Source: Balanoglossus misakiensis
Taxonomy: Eukaryota > Animalia > Hemichordata
Direction of reading: 5' to 3'
NCBI GenBank assembly: GCA_040954595.2
Contig: CM082583.2
Location: 13,058,987-13,122,986 of the forward strand
DNA length: 64,000 nt
The notes below the pieces were generated by a model, which was given only the letters and a program-made list of their open reading frames with translations, searched no databases and was not told the origin of the DNA. The translations under genes were made by a program, and so were the position numbers. How positions within the stretch are numbered: the stretch's first letter is position 1; every line of letters begins with the position of its first letter. Below, one piece after another: positions 38,884 through 51,663 of this stretch.

Positions 38884-41800
38884 GACTCTTATTAAAATGA
38901 TATTTCAAGATCATCACGTGACACGGCCATAGTAACAAACCTTTTCTGACAGATGCCAATTGATGAAAACAGTACATTTTAATAAAATTAATTAGTAAAC
39001 CGTCGATAGATCAAGATAATTACGACATATATACAAGTAATATTTGTATCTACAAAGAAGATAAATTTATAGCTCTTTTTATTCTTTTCTGGTCCATCAT
39101 TTCTCGTATTAAGAGAAAAAACATTATTGGCTAGAGGCAATTCCGTGCCTCAAAAAAAACAAGCCATAAGTTTAAAACCGGTGAATCGCTCTAGTGATGA
39201 ATCCATAGCAGTTTGCTATTCAAGAAACTATAATCTATGTATACATCCTACATATTGAGTATTTCTAGCGCGATTGTGCACGGCTCAACGCCAGATTACA
39301 ATAAAAAAGCACACTTACAACGGTTTCCTCGATTTTCAATATTGATTTTTTTTATACTTTTCATGTCCCTGTCAATCCAGTAAAATGATTAAGTTTACAT
39401 TTCCGAGACTTAAAAGACAAACTATGAACTGAAAATTAAAAACAACCACAAAACTTGATTGGTAAGAACTGTCTCACCACAGCACTGAGGAGATGTTCCT
39501 TACTCTTTTACTTTTTCATATAGATGTCTGCCACATTATAATTTTACCTCATGTTGCAAACACAATTCACAGTAGTTCACAAGACTAGCTGTGTTGTTGC
39601 TATATCATTTCATTTATTGTTAATATCAATTGTTTAATTCCTGTTCTGCTTTCTTGTGGGATCTTAATAATGTGTTGTTATGAGAATGCTCATAGTACTT
39701 ATGTTAGTCAAGTAAGGACGGAAAACGATATTTTCTAGATTTTTGAGGGATTTTTTTTATTCAGACGCCTACGGTTCTGAAATAATGAATCGTCCGCTGG
39801 GAAGGTTCCATTACGAGGGCGGGCCTGTAGAATTAAGATTTGGATATTATCTATTGTTGGGTTTCCTTGGTGAAAATGTGACCTTACCCAAGTCTTTTAA
39901 TGTTACCCGCCCCAAAGCCGTTTTCTAGAATTGAAAGAACTTGTTCAAAGTACCAATATTATGATGAGTACGAATTTGTACACTTTATGTACATGTATTT
40001 CACTTTGCTTAAAAACTCTCATCTAAAGGTTAATATAACGCTAGTTTGGTCAAAACTCCATTTCAAAATTGTTAGTCAGACAACTCGACGTTTGCTCTGA
40101 ATTTCCTCCTGAGTGAATATTACGATTTCGAGTAGACCATATTTTGGTTATTACCGTTTTGCCTTTCTGGTATCTATTTTTGCCACATATTTTATTATTT
40201 TTATATCCACAGACTACATTTCATTTTGATATTTTGAGACAAATTCAATAAACCTCAATCAGGAGTTATCCACGTTCCTGGAATCGGCTCATATTGAAGG
40301 CGCCTTGTCATTATGACCTTGGCAGATTAAAAATGCAATCTCCATAATGCAAATTCTGAAACTCGTCCTTCACAACAAGAACCGTATTACTGGTGTGTGC
40401 GTATGTGTGTTGGGTGACTGTCATTGTTATTATTGACAAACGAATTCAAGTGTACAAAGATTGATAAACTATAAAACTCAATTACTAACAGTTATTTCAA
40501 TGGGAATATAAATGTTAGGTTTCACATTATTACAACATATAAAACTAAAGTACTCGTGAATGTCATTGCCATGTTGTGTACTAATCGATCAAATATTTGA
40601 CAAATGACAGCCAGGCCATTATTTTCTGGCTCATATTTCAGTGAATTACACGTGTTCTGTGATATTCATTACGCTTGTTACTTTGTAAACTCTAAGTCTT
40701 TAGTTTCGTTTGTTGACATTGACTCTGCGTTGGACGTCATGTTGAACAATTAATGGACGCGTGAAGTATACTACACTCTATTAGTCAGGGTTGTAGATAA
40801 TAGCAAGCAAACATCCCAACTAGCTCTACTAATTTTTCTATTTTAGCATGTTACGAAGCTCTTATGTAGCGCTAGTTTTGTTTAGTTAAATACTATTCAT
40901 AAATACCATTTTGAATGGTTAAAAATTGGTTAAAAATTGCTTTGCCCCCTGTGTCCCCTTAAACAAAATAAAATGGCTCTCCCTTTATCGCCATCGCAAG
41001 AATGGTATATATGCCCGAATGCAAAAGAGACAGTTACAAAAGTTGTTCAAGATCAGTAAAGTCTACATCTGTCTGTCCTTATAATGAGACACTCAATAAA
41101 CAATATTTGAATTGCATCGGACTGCAAAAAAGAGAAAAACCCAGAAAACGTTTCCCGGCCGAAAGAAACGACTCAAGCATTGTTGACGGAGAAGCGCTGT
41201 GTTTTGAAGATGCAAGTTGTCAATCTGACAGAGTAATAATGGGCGGATAATAAGCTGGTTATTTGATTTTGTCATCTGGCGAATCATGAAGAGCGTAGTC
41301 AGGCACTGTCGAGAACGTGCCGTCGTTATACACCGTGCGCTTTTTTAATCGACCGCGATAGACCCGCATCTCGATTGCGCCTGAGTGTTTCTGCTGTTTC
41401 CACTATGACTCAACACACGTTTCGAAGAATACATGCGGCCATCAATGACAACTTGATCGGTTTCTTCGCTGTCATAATCGCAGCTTGTGTGTCATTTGAA
41501 CAAAAGATATGCGGAAAAAAGACTGGGTTACTTACACGACATTCATATCACGCTGAGCATAGTGATCTTACATAGACAGAGGAACCAATAATTTTAGCAC
41601 TGGTTTAGTTTTGGGGTTGGCACCGGAAGTTGTCATCATTCCTACTATGATGAGACATTCTGAAATGTCAACACAGCATTTAACTAACTTTTTTCAGCTT
41701 TAATACAGAAGTCAGAAAAATGACATTTATTATGGAAGATTATTTGGGGGACATGGATATATGTCTTTATGGGCTTCAAATTGTCCCCGAGATATTTAGT

Positions 41801-44800
41801 CATACAATCAGGTAGTCATTCAGCCAAACAGTCGTAGATAGACAGATAGTGAGAAAGATAGAAAGTCGACTGACAGACAGATAGACCAACATAGTGAGAC
41901 AGATCGTGTCACCCAGTAGATCAGATAAATGTAAGCGTGTATTTGCCAAAAAACATGATTGTGATTCGTTCAGTCACGTTTGCTCCTGAAACTCTTTGCC
42001 TTCACGGGGTTGTTTACATCAAATCTTGTGTTAGCGTTCGCTGTTGCCTGAGGTAGTTGGAATAACCATTGTCAGATCCCTAACAAGAGCAGTTGAGAAA
42101 ATTCTAGAAGCGAAGTAAATGGCTGTTAATGCCGTTCCCAACAAACACTGAAGACAGACAGACAGACAGACAGACAGAGAAAGGAAGTTTCGTATATTAA
42201 AAAAGACGTATCGACTGGTGTTCGGTATTGATATTCAAAAGCGTACGTCGTTTACAAATTGCACACATTGACAACAGAGGAACACCTTCATAAAAGTCCA
42301 TATGTTCATATCTATTCAATATGATAATTGATTCTGATTTGAAACCGCCTGAAAAGACAACAATGATTGGTATTCCACAACAAAAGGGCCACATTTCAAC
42401 ATATTTTTTGACCATTTAGAATTTTTGAAGAAATGTGCATGACAGGACGTATAGTTTTTGCAGCGTGCGCAGATATGTTCCAATTTTGACACGAAACTGT
42501 AATACTGAGTTCCCCGTCTTGATTATATGATTGTGATTTGATTGCGTCAGAACTGCGACTGATCAGCTATGTAAGCCAGTAACAAAGGGCCTTTGGTTGC
42601 AAATAATCATTTTTTTATTTGACTGTTCTTTTTGTCTGACGAGGGAAGCGAAGGTCACGTGAAGAGCACTTGCTTCCAAATTTCAACACAGCTCTGATAT
42701 TCCAAGTTATTGAAAATGTCGTCCTTTGGGTTTTAAATCCGCCGCAGCGAGTTATGCATTGTGACATTTCTGTCAACGATGTTAATAAAGTAGAGATGGG
42801 AAAAAATATTCGGCGTCAAAACTGCAACATGGTTCTTCAGGATGAGAACTTAGATGTAACATATGATATGCAGCAGAAACTGCGCCAATCAAAAGCTTCA
42901 GAAAAACCAATGTCAATTCAATTTCTGTGGTTTCATTGTGATATCAGTTGGCATTCTGGCATTCCATTTGTTCGGCCGCACACAGTATCCAGTTGGTTGT
43001 GTCGTGTGGCCCGACCAAGGACACGTGCCTCATCGTGTCCCTCAAGGGCCTGTTGTCTATTCGGTGGTCATCACGTTGAACTTGGGACATCGGTGACAGT
43101 AGTTCAAGGTCCAGTGACAGTGATTTTTCCATTTGGTGGGGGAAAGCAGAAAGTGGATAGTTGCGTATATGGAATGGGGTGACCCCTCCCCTCCATTGCG
43201 AAAAGATACGTACTTGTTGTATTCCCAAACGTTATAATTACATAAGGGTTTTGAAATATGTTGGCGATACACAGTTTTTATAGTTCGATGTTTTGTCTTT
43301 TCGAGAAGCAGACGTTCTTCGATGAGAATTGTTTGTCACGTGACTCGTCCATTTTCTCCGAAGTGTTGTTGATATTTCCCAGCGAGCGGCGTGGTGTCTT
43401 CCCCCATGCCGTATTCGACGTCGCTAAGGGAGCGGCCCTGACCACACAAGCAGGAAGCAGCGAGAGAGAGAGAGTACAGAACACTTAAATGCCCTCGACA
43501 AAATGACACTGTAACTCTCAGCAAATTTCAGATAAATATCTATTTTTCTAAATTGCGCGAACGATCACGATTTTAATATTGCATTTCCTTATGAAACACT
43601 ATACAGGCGCGGATACTGTAGCTTGGGGCGGGAACACGCTGCAAAATCTAGCAAATTGAAAGGCGGTGTTTATGTGCCCAGACGTTGGTGCAATCCGCAG
43701 GAGCGTGGTGGCGGAGGAAATCTATTAGACATCGAGACTACTTTTGTCTACCTTCGGGGACGTCATCAAGAAGATTGCAATTTCTCAGAAAGTGAAAAAA
43801 ATGTCTGTTGTGAACGACACGATTATTTCTCCCTTTTTTGGCAGCAGTTGTTTGTATGGATCACGAAACAACTGAAAACATTTGAATGCCCAGACTTTGG
43901 TGTAATTTTATGGATCTGCGATTTTTTTTCTTCTCACGCGAGTGTAATTTTTGTGAAATGTTGTGCAAGTCGTGTATCTCCTGAAAGCATGGAATTTCCT
44001 CGAATTATCCCCGAAGTCCTTAAGTAGATCATGGAAAATTAATATACAGAAAGTATTAAATTGTTCCGCTGTGGTGTTGTGCGCATCTCGGCGACGCATA
44101 CCTTGCTGAGATGCCAATAAAATGCATGTGGCTATCTCATTATTTGGAACTGCAATATGTATATGTGTATGGGTGTTTAATTTTGCTCAAAGATTATGTC
44201 AAATGCGTTCCTTTATTTCTGGAGCTTGCTCGGTGCCGAGATAATCGACAAAGTACCCGGATGTCACTTTCTAGTGTCGCGATGTTTTTTATCTTCTTCC
44301 CTTTTTTCTTCTCACAAATACTGAATCCTCTTATAGCCGGCTGATTAAAACGGCTTTTCCCTCAGAGCCACGATATCTTACAAATTTCATAATGATAAAA
44401 CATCCGCCGGGAAAACTCTTTATTCAAACAAATGCCACCTGAAATTTTATATCTAGCCCTGCACGGCCGTCGGAAATCCGAAGGGGCCTCTCACTCGCCA
44501 AAAAGTTGAAATTAGACGCAAAAGACAGGGGTTTTAATATGGGTATATGATCCCAGGTAAATCTTGCAGCTATCGTTTCTATCGCCAGGAATCATTTTCA
44601 TGGGAAAGAAATCGCACTTATCTCAACTGAAATCCGGAGCACGAATGAGAGATATGAGATAAATTGTTATTGCAGTCTCGCTTTCTTGAGTGGAAAACAA
44701 AACAGCCCCGATTAGACTCAGTCAAATTGACACATACTGTACACATGCGCGCGTCGTTAACGAGTACAACTACTCATCAACAATCTCTTTGAATTAAAAT

Positions 44801-46125
44801 AACAGAGCGGGCCTAATTACCGGACGGTTTGAAACTCATCTAGATTTTAAAACCTGCAACTTCTTTTTCGCCCGGAATAATTTTCCCCCTGATTTCGAGG
44901 TGACAAATGAAATATTGGGCAGATTGTATTGATTGCGATGATTGGTAGATGAATCAAGCAGTGCGGACCGCACAGCTAGCCAGTGCATCCAAATGAATAT
45001 CTAATACTGCGTTGTAGACGGGAAATATTGCTCGCTGAGGTGTGGAGTTGGGTCTGTTCGAATTTAATAACAAATCAACTACCCAGGGCTACCAAAAGCG
45101 CCCTTATTTAGTTGAATTGCGACAAAAATTGCGTATTGGGGCGGTGGTCTACAAAAATCACTCTTCCGCTTAATTTCAATGGATACTTGTGTTGCGTGAG
45201 ACTTGCAGGCTCACATCACCCCCCCCCCCCCACCCTTCGCGCCAAAATGCATTTGGAGGGTCTAACACTCCAGCTCTCCCCCTATGCATAATGCCTTGTC
45301 CTCTTGCGGCTTCGAAACACGACATAATTAAGCAACACTGCCAGGAAACATACACGGAGCAAATTTTTATTGCCATATTGTCTCATACCAAGAAACATAC
45401 AATATTAACAAGCATCGTATATGGTTTATAAGAGGGCAAGAAGAGGTCGGGAACGTGCGGAAATAGAGATTATGAAAAATTCATAATGTCGCTCTCTGAT
45501 TCAGATGACGTTCGAGTGTCACTTGTGCAAAAAAGTGCGTATCAGATCGACGCAACAGTTAAAAGCGTACTCTGAAATTCGAGAAAAAATGACACGAGAA
45601 AAACAACTGACTCACACAAAGAAAATAAGAAATGATTGAATATAATCGAGATAGGGATTCGAAATCACATGACGAATGAAGATGATGATTGTGATGGGGT
45701 GGTCGTGGGGGTGTTGGTGGTGTTAATGATAACGATGACGACCACGACAGTGTTGGAGAATATTTTTCACGGTGAGATGATCACAAAAGAATCATACAGA
45801 ATGCACAAGACGGATTCATTTTACATAATCTCCTACGCGTACTATTCAAAACCAGAGAACTGATATTGGAATATAATCGCTACACTGAATACTATACACG
45901 GGGACAAAATCAAACCCCGAGACGAAACGTTGCAACATTATAAAGCTCTCTCACGTGAACAATCTTAAAAGTCTCTCTTTTTTAAATCCTGCGATGCAGT
46001 CAGGATAAAAACACGATACGCTACAAAAACTGCACACGGTTCATTTTTACAAATGTCACAAAGGCACGTTTCTGAGGCTGATATTCGATCTTCCGTCGAA
46101 TGTCACACAGACAAAAAAAATCTCG

Positions 46126-47706
46126 TTAATGGGATAGATTTTTCATATAGTTGGCCACTGTTTCTAGCCCGAGAAACATCAGAAACTTCTTTCTCCGCAT
46201 GCCTAAGGGAGACTTACTACCAGCCACTTTTCGATGATTATACACCTTTGCTGACGTCATGGTTTCCATGCCAACTGACTCCATATCATCATCAGCATCG
46301 TCGTCGTCGGCACGATGCGGTAACGCCGCACTTGATTTGCTAACGTGTCTCTGTGTTATACTGCTATGGTATTCTTTGCCAACCCATCGCAAGACATGAT
46401 GGACGGTGGGAGACCCCTGTTGTCCCCTTGGGGAATTCTTCCTCCCCCGGTGGCTCTCTCGAATCAATTTCTTCCTCTGTCTCGCCGAGAGAGTCAGAGG
46501 ACTGCTGAAAGCAGAGTGTCGTCTTTCTGACAATTTCAACAAGTTAGGTGTCGGCCTCGCCAGAGACGGGTAACCGCCGCCTTTCTCGCTGAATCCCGGC
46601 GATAACATTTCAAGTGCCTTTTCCCCATTTACCGTTCCGTGATTACGGTATAGATTATGATGAGGCCAGTATAAAACTTTGTCCAATGTCGGCAGTTTGT
46701 CGACGTCACTGTCGCGGCCGCCGTGATGATGCAGCGCGCTCTTGTCGCCCTTGATAAAGCTTAAACCGTCCTTGCCACCGTCAGGCGACCAGAACTTGTC
46801 GGTGGGCCTTAACGGCTGGCTGCCTATATCGCTGAGAAATTCAAACGGGTAGTCCCTGGCAAATACATCATTTGCTTTCTTGTTGGCGGCGGCGGTGGTG
46901 GTGGTTGTGTTGGCAGTGTTGACGGGAAATATTTCTCTGTCGTCGAACCTGTTCGGTAGCCATAGTGACGAGCCGTTCAGAGGGTTCGGTGTCTGCTGCT
47001 GCTGCAGAAGTGTCTCGCCGCCACAGGGAGGGTTGGTTCCATTGAAATTCGCTGAGAACTGTAGGTACGATTCCATGAATAAGCATTGGTATAATGAGAG
47101 CGAGGCGTCTAAATTTGTCGGCAGAAAGGGGTTGCGCGCAGTCACTTGTGACCTCTCCAGTTTTTGTAAATGAGGCGAATTCCCAAAACCAGCGAACTTG
47201 TCGGGGAAACTGGAGAAATCGCCGCGCCCCGCGAGTGACCGCAAACTTTCGGCTGATGAATTGTTGTTGCCGCCGAGACCGCCCAACTGATTAGAGCGCA
47301 GACGGACGTCCAGATCGCTGAGGGTGTGTTCGTACGGGGTTATAAGCGAATCCTTGGGAAACGTGAAGAGGCCACTGGTTTCTTGTCCACATGCGGCGGG
47401 TGGACTGCAGCTGAAAGTCAGCTGTGTCGGGGAAGGCGAGCGGAGCGGCTTGGTTTTCGGCGCATTCAGTGGCATCGCTGTCTTGAAAAAGTCGTTCGTC
47501 GGAGAGGACGAAGTTGACGACGATGACAATGATGATGGCGACGACGATGATGATGATGATGGTGATGATGAAGACGACGACGACGACGACGACAATGATG
47601 ATGATGATGTAGAAGACACAGCAGAGATGTCCATGAAGGAACAATCAGAAGCGTTAACTGCCGTTGACTCTGCCATGTTCTGCCGTCGAAAAACTTGGGC
47701 TGACAT
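46126..47706 (-). CDS. Uncharacterised 526-aa low-complexity protein (poly-Ser, poly-Gln, poly-Thr/Ala, basic patch, acidic patch)
   Basis: 1.58 kb stop-free, GC/CpG-rich ORF in an AT-rich background; no recognisable folded domain. May splice near its 3' end. Confidence 0.65.
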   Translation of the reverse strand: MSAQVFRRQNMAESTAVNASDCSFMDISAVSSTSSSSLSSSSSSSSSSPSSSSSSSPSSLSSSSTSSSPTNDFFKTAMPLNAPKTKPLRSPSPTQLTFSCSPPAACGQETSGLFTFPKDSLITPYEHTLSDLDVRLRSNQLGGLGGNNNSSAESLRSLAGRGDFSSFPDKFAGFGNSPHLQKLERSQVTARNPFLPTNLDASLSLYQCLFMESYLQFSANFNGTNPPCGGETLLQQQQTPNPLNGSSLWLPNRFDDREIFPVNTANTTTTTAAANKKANDVFARDYPFEFLSDIGSQPLRPTDKFWSPDGGKDGLSFIKGDKSALHHHGGRDSDVDKLPTLDKVLYWPHHNLYRNHGTVNGEKALEMLSPGFSEKGGGYPSLARPTPNLLKLSERRHSAFSSPLTLSARQRKKLIRESHRGRKNSPRGQQGSPTVHHVLRWVGKEYHSSITQRHVSKSSAALPHRADDDDADDDMESVGMETMTSAKVYNHRKVAGSKSPLGMRRKKFLMFLGLETVANYMKNLSH

Positions 47707-47992
47707 CGGTACTTTTGGAGTGACTCAAAAAAAGAAGGAAAAAATAATTGCCTTTAGATGGAGTCCGAGATTTCGAAACGTGTGTGAGTGGCTTTCTTCA
47801 TATTCAAAGCAACACAATGGCTGTTAGTATTGTACGTTCGCATCACTCACTCGAGTACCCTTCTTGTTGTGTCGAGGCAAATTTAGAAGCAGTTATCGAG
47901 ATTTTCTATTCTTGCTATACTGCCGTATGAACTGTTCGACAGTGCACATAATATGTCGCCGGTAATAACCCGTCCTCGCGTTCGCAATACCC

Positions 47993-48006
47993 GTTGCCAC
48001 GGAAAC
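47993..48006. promoter_or_regulatory. RFX X-box ~290 bp upstream of the 526-aa ORF
   Basis: GTTGCCACGGAAAC closely matches the RFX palindrome GTTGCCATGGCAAC. Confidence 0.45.
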
Positions 48007-51000
48007 CAGGAAGCTGGCAGCTATCGGGGAAAACTTCCAATTCGTGACAGCGGGAGGCAGAACCTTGCAAAAAGAAAGAAGGGAAAATGCTGTTTTAAAA
48101 ATAAGTTAAAAGATGGGATTACCGTAATCTGGTCTTAGGCCCCGCATGAACAAGGCTTATCTGCGAGCGAGGATTTGAAATGGACTAGCCTTTGACAGAT
48201 ATAGTACAGATGAAATGTACATCTGAATCATTGTAATAATCGTAATGGTGCTCGAGTCGACAAATCGAAACGAAATTTGCAGCTTCCTCATCAGAGATGG
48301 CTATTCATCAAAAACATCCGTCTAAACACACATGCGTTTGTAGGATCTAATTTGATGCGGAAAACGTTGTATGGAAATCGACACAATAGACAAGTAATTG
48401 GCAGTCGACTCTATTACAGTGATGCACATCGTTTACTTTAAAAAGGTGTCTTGCAACAACAGGTTTGTTATTATAAAAATCAGTGCTATTATCAACAGCA
48501 AATTGTGGAGCGACGTTTTGCATACACAAGACACATCCCCAAACATCGGTCATGTAAATACGCGCCGTGAAAATCTCACATTTTATGGAGAATTGGCGAA
48601 TTTTCATCTTCCCACAGGTGGGCGCCCAACAGCGCTGTAAATGCCCACTACATCATCTACGCAATACATCATAACATTCACATATGACAAACGTAATGGG
48701 AAAACAAGAAACGTGACCGTGTGGTTGAATTCACGTTTTCGGCTCTAAAATATATTCAGAAATATCGAGCTGGTCTCACCTCTCCTATAGACAGACTCTT
48801 AGGTGATGATGGGCGTACAGTGAGACGTGTTTGTGTCTTCAGTATAAATAATCAGCAGATGACGATGCCTTGGCCGCCTCGATCTTGGGGAGAGCCTCGC
48901 CACGTTTCCACAGACGACACGGATGCTTGTCTGCTGTAGCTCTTCCTTCGCTCGCTGTCTTCGCCGTAGAGTCGCGTCTGCTTCGTAACCATCGATCGTA
49001 AAAAACCACCTCGGCCGACTTGTTGGTTTTCCCAGCTGTTATCTCTCTCGTGTCTTCTCGGTATTCTCGGCGATGCTTATCAAAGAAATCCCCAAATCGT
49101 TTTCAATTTATGTTACCTGTCAGTTTGCGATATCTGACACCGAACGGAAATGATGTATGGTAAAATATGAAACTGATTGACCTTCGTGCGATACACTGCT
49201 TTGTATGGTTTGAATTGATGGGGGCCGTAGCCGCGCACTGGAAACCATATCTCTGTAATGAACAAAGTCAGACTGACGATTTACATCAGCTGAAAAACAG
49301 CCAATTCTTTTCCAGCTTACTGCCTGCGATCTCTCCTACTGAAGTCAGTTTCGCCCCCGGGAGGTGAAATATACAATACTTGGAAGAAGCTTTTGCGCGT
49401 GTGGATATATATATACGTACTAGAGGAGTTATTCTCTGCTAATCAACGGTGGGCGACATATTTTACTATTTCCTGCGGTTGGTACTGTTAATGGTGAGCG
49501 CGAATCTTTCTCATCGCCCCAGGCGGGTTCGTCATAATGACAGTATAATTCCACGATGGTCTGGCTCAAAGCAGGCGTCGAGGCAAGATTTGAACAATTA
49601 GAATTAAATTAAAATGCGGATAATTGGGCGTGATTCTGTCCCGGTTAAAAAAGTAACAGTGTTGATCTGTTGACATTGGTATTGATTCATAAACAGACCT
49701 TTAATATTCCGTCTATCTAATCGGTGCAAACGTCTTGTGTGCCAAAAGATCTCTTTTGAAAGGGAACAAGAGAAAAAGGGAAACTTACCGAGAGAAAAAA
49801 AATTAAACATTTCAATCAATCGATATGATTCATTTCATTTCTCATATATTCATAATTAAAGAAGCCCCCGAGGTAACCGCAGTCAAAAGGACCCAGATGA
49901 AATTTATGTATGTGATAATAGGGAATCGGCTAGACCGGTGCAAACGAGAACAAACTTTGCCTGCCGCGCATGTCTTGTCTCCATTCAAACTTCTAACAAC
50001 CCAATGTTGCGGCTGTCAATTTCCACGCCAAGTGACAACAGGTTAATATTTGAGATTGTTTGCCGTGTAAACCCACACCGGTCATTTCTCCATATCGAAT
50101 TTCTGACTCGACTTTTCCACGGCGAATCATAGAAATGGGAATGATATCGGGAAGTATTTCTATGGTTTCTTTTAATATTTGCACAGCAGAGTTAATTTTC
50201 CCCCGGTTTCCTGATGCTACTGTTTGGACGGTAGACAGCAATAGACCTGTGAAGGACTCCACCCATCAATTATTACCACGTGCAATTGTTAATAGATGCA
50301 TTAATATCATCCATATTACACCACGGTTAGGAGTGCACCACACGTTTCATTTCATTTCTCCTTTTTTCCTCTCCATATTCACTCGCCCCATGTTGCATCG
50401 CGCTAATGAGGACGACGCTGTATAGTTTTCATAAATCTATCATAAATATTTTAAAACTCAGGTCAACGAGGAAGAATGACCCCTGCATTGTCTACCGACT
50501 GTCGCTTCGGATGAAAAATTACCGGTTTAGCGAGAACTTGTCGTATTTCCTGATGCATTGTCAGTGGTCATACCAAAAAACCGTCTCCGGGTTTTACGTT
50601 CCACTTATATGCTTTTAGTAAAAGACAGAATTATCAATACCTTTATTCGTTACCCCCAATGCTGTTAATTTCTGAAATCCGAGTTTGAGTGACGTCCAGT
50701 GATTGTTTCTTCGTGTATATATTTTATCGATAATGGGTATAATGTTTCAGTATTCAAACTAGTTGAAAGTTTGCATTAAATTACAATTCGATGTGACTAG
50801 TCCATTTCAAGGCTTTTGTGCCCGGCGTTGCTATTGTATTCGTCGATATAAAAACTGCGACCGGATGATACCGACATCTAAATTTTCAAACGAGGTGCGT
50901 TTTTCGTCAATCATAGCCAATGCTGGAACAAGAAAAATCGATACTTCTTATTGTCGTCTATTCCCTCTGCGAATTCTTGAAATAAGGCGACTGGGGATAT

Positions 51001-51649
51001 TTTTTTTCTTTCTTTGCCAAATAAGCCGTATCAGGATGAAATCTACATGCTCAGACGCGTCGCTGATCTAATCATTTTCAATATTATCGCACAGAGACAA
51101 TCTGCCGTGAAAATCAAGCCGACACAGCAGACGCAAACGGAGTCTCTGCAATACACTAGACCGCGTGTCTCATTATCACCAGAGTTTGTGATAGATTGAT
51201 TGCCCTCCCAGGTGCAAAAATAAAATTATGGCACCGTAGTTTGTTTTTTTATTTCTCTCTCTCTCTCTTTCGGGATGTCAAAGGGTTGTATCCTGTGTCG
51301 TTTTGTCGATTTTTTTTCTTCTGTCAGAAATTGAGATACGGGCCTGATTGTTTCAATGACCCGTGAAATGTAGCACCGCAGAAGAAGACTTGAGCACGAA
51401 TCGTTGAAAGCGTTTGAGGACGGACAGTCGTGCGAGAAGAGTGGGGCCGTATTAGAGCGATGTTTATGAAAACAGCGCACTTTAGTCAATTTTGCTGTGA
51501 AATTGAATGGAAGTTGTAAAATTGTGGTTCCGTTTGTTCAAATTTTACAATGGGGAATATCTCTTCCCGCGGTTCATCTTGATTCGTTTAATTTATTTTG
51601 GTCTAGAGGGGTTGTTCCAATTAAATTGGTTGCCAGGCTGACATCTTTT

Positions 51650-51663
51650 GTCGCCATGGCAAC
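51650..51663. promoter_or_regulatory. RFX X-box
   Basis: GTCGCCATGGCAAC, with a GTTGCC half-site ~20 bp upstream. Confidence 0.4.

Noticed and set aside
41002-44344. ORFs 41002-41250, 42670-43182, 42944-43228 and 43623-44027
   Set aside because: No recognisable motifs or consistent splice chain.
47324-47827. Poly-Asp plus-strand ORF
   Set aside because: Antisense reading of the poly-Ser (TCA/TCG) tract of the 526-aa ORF.
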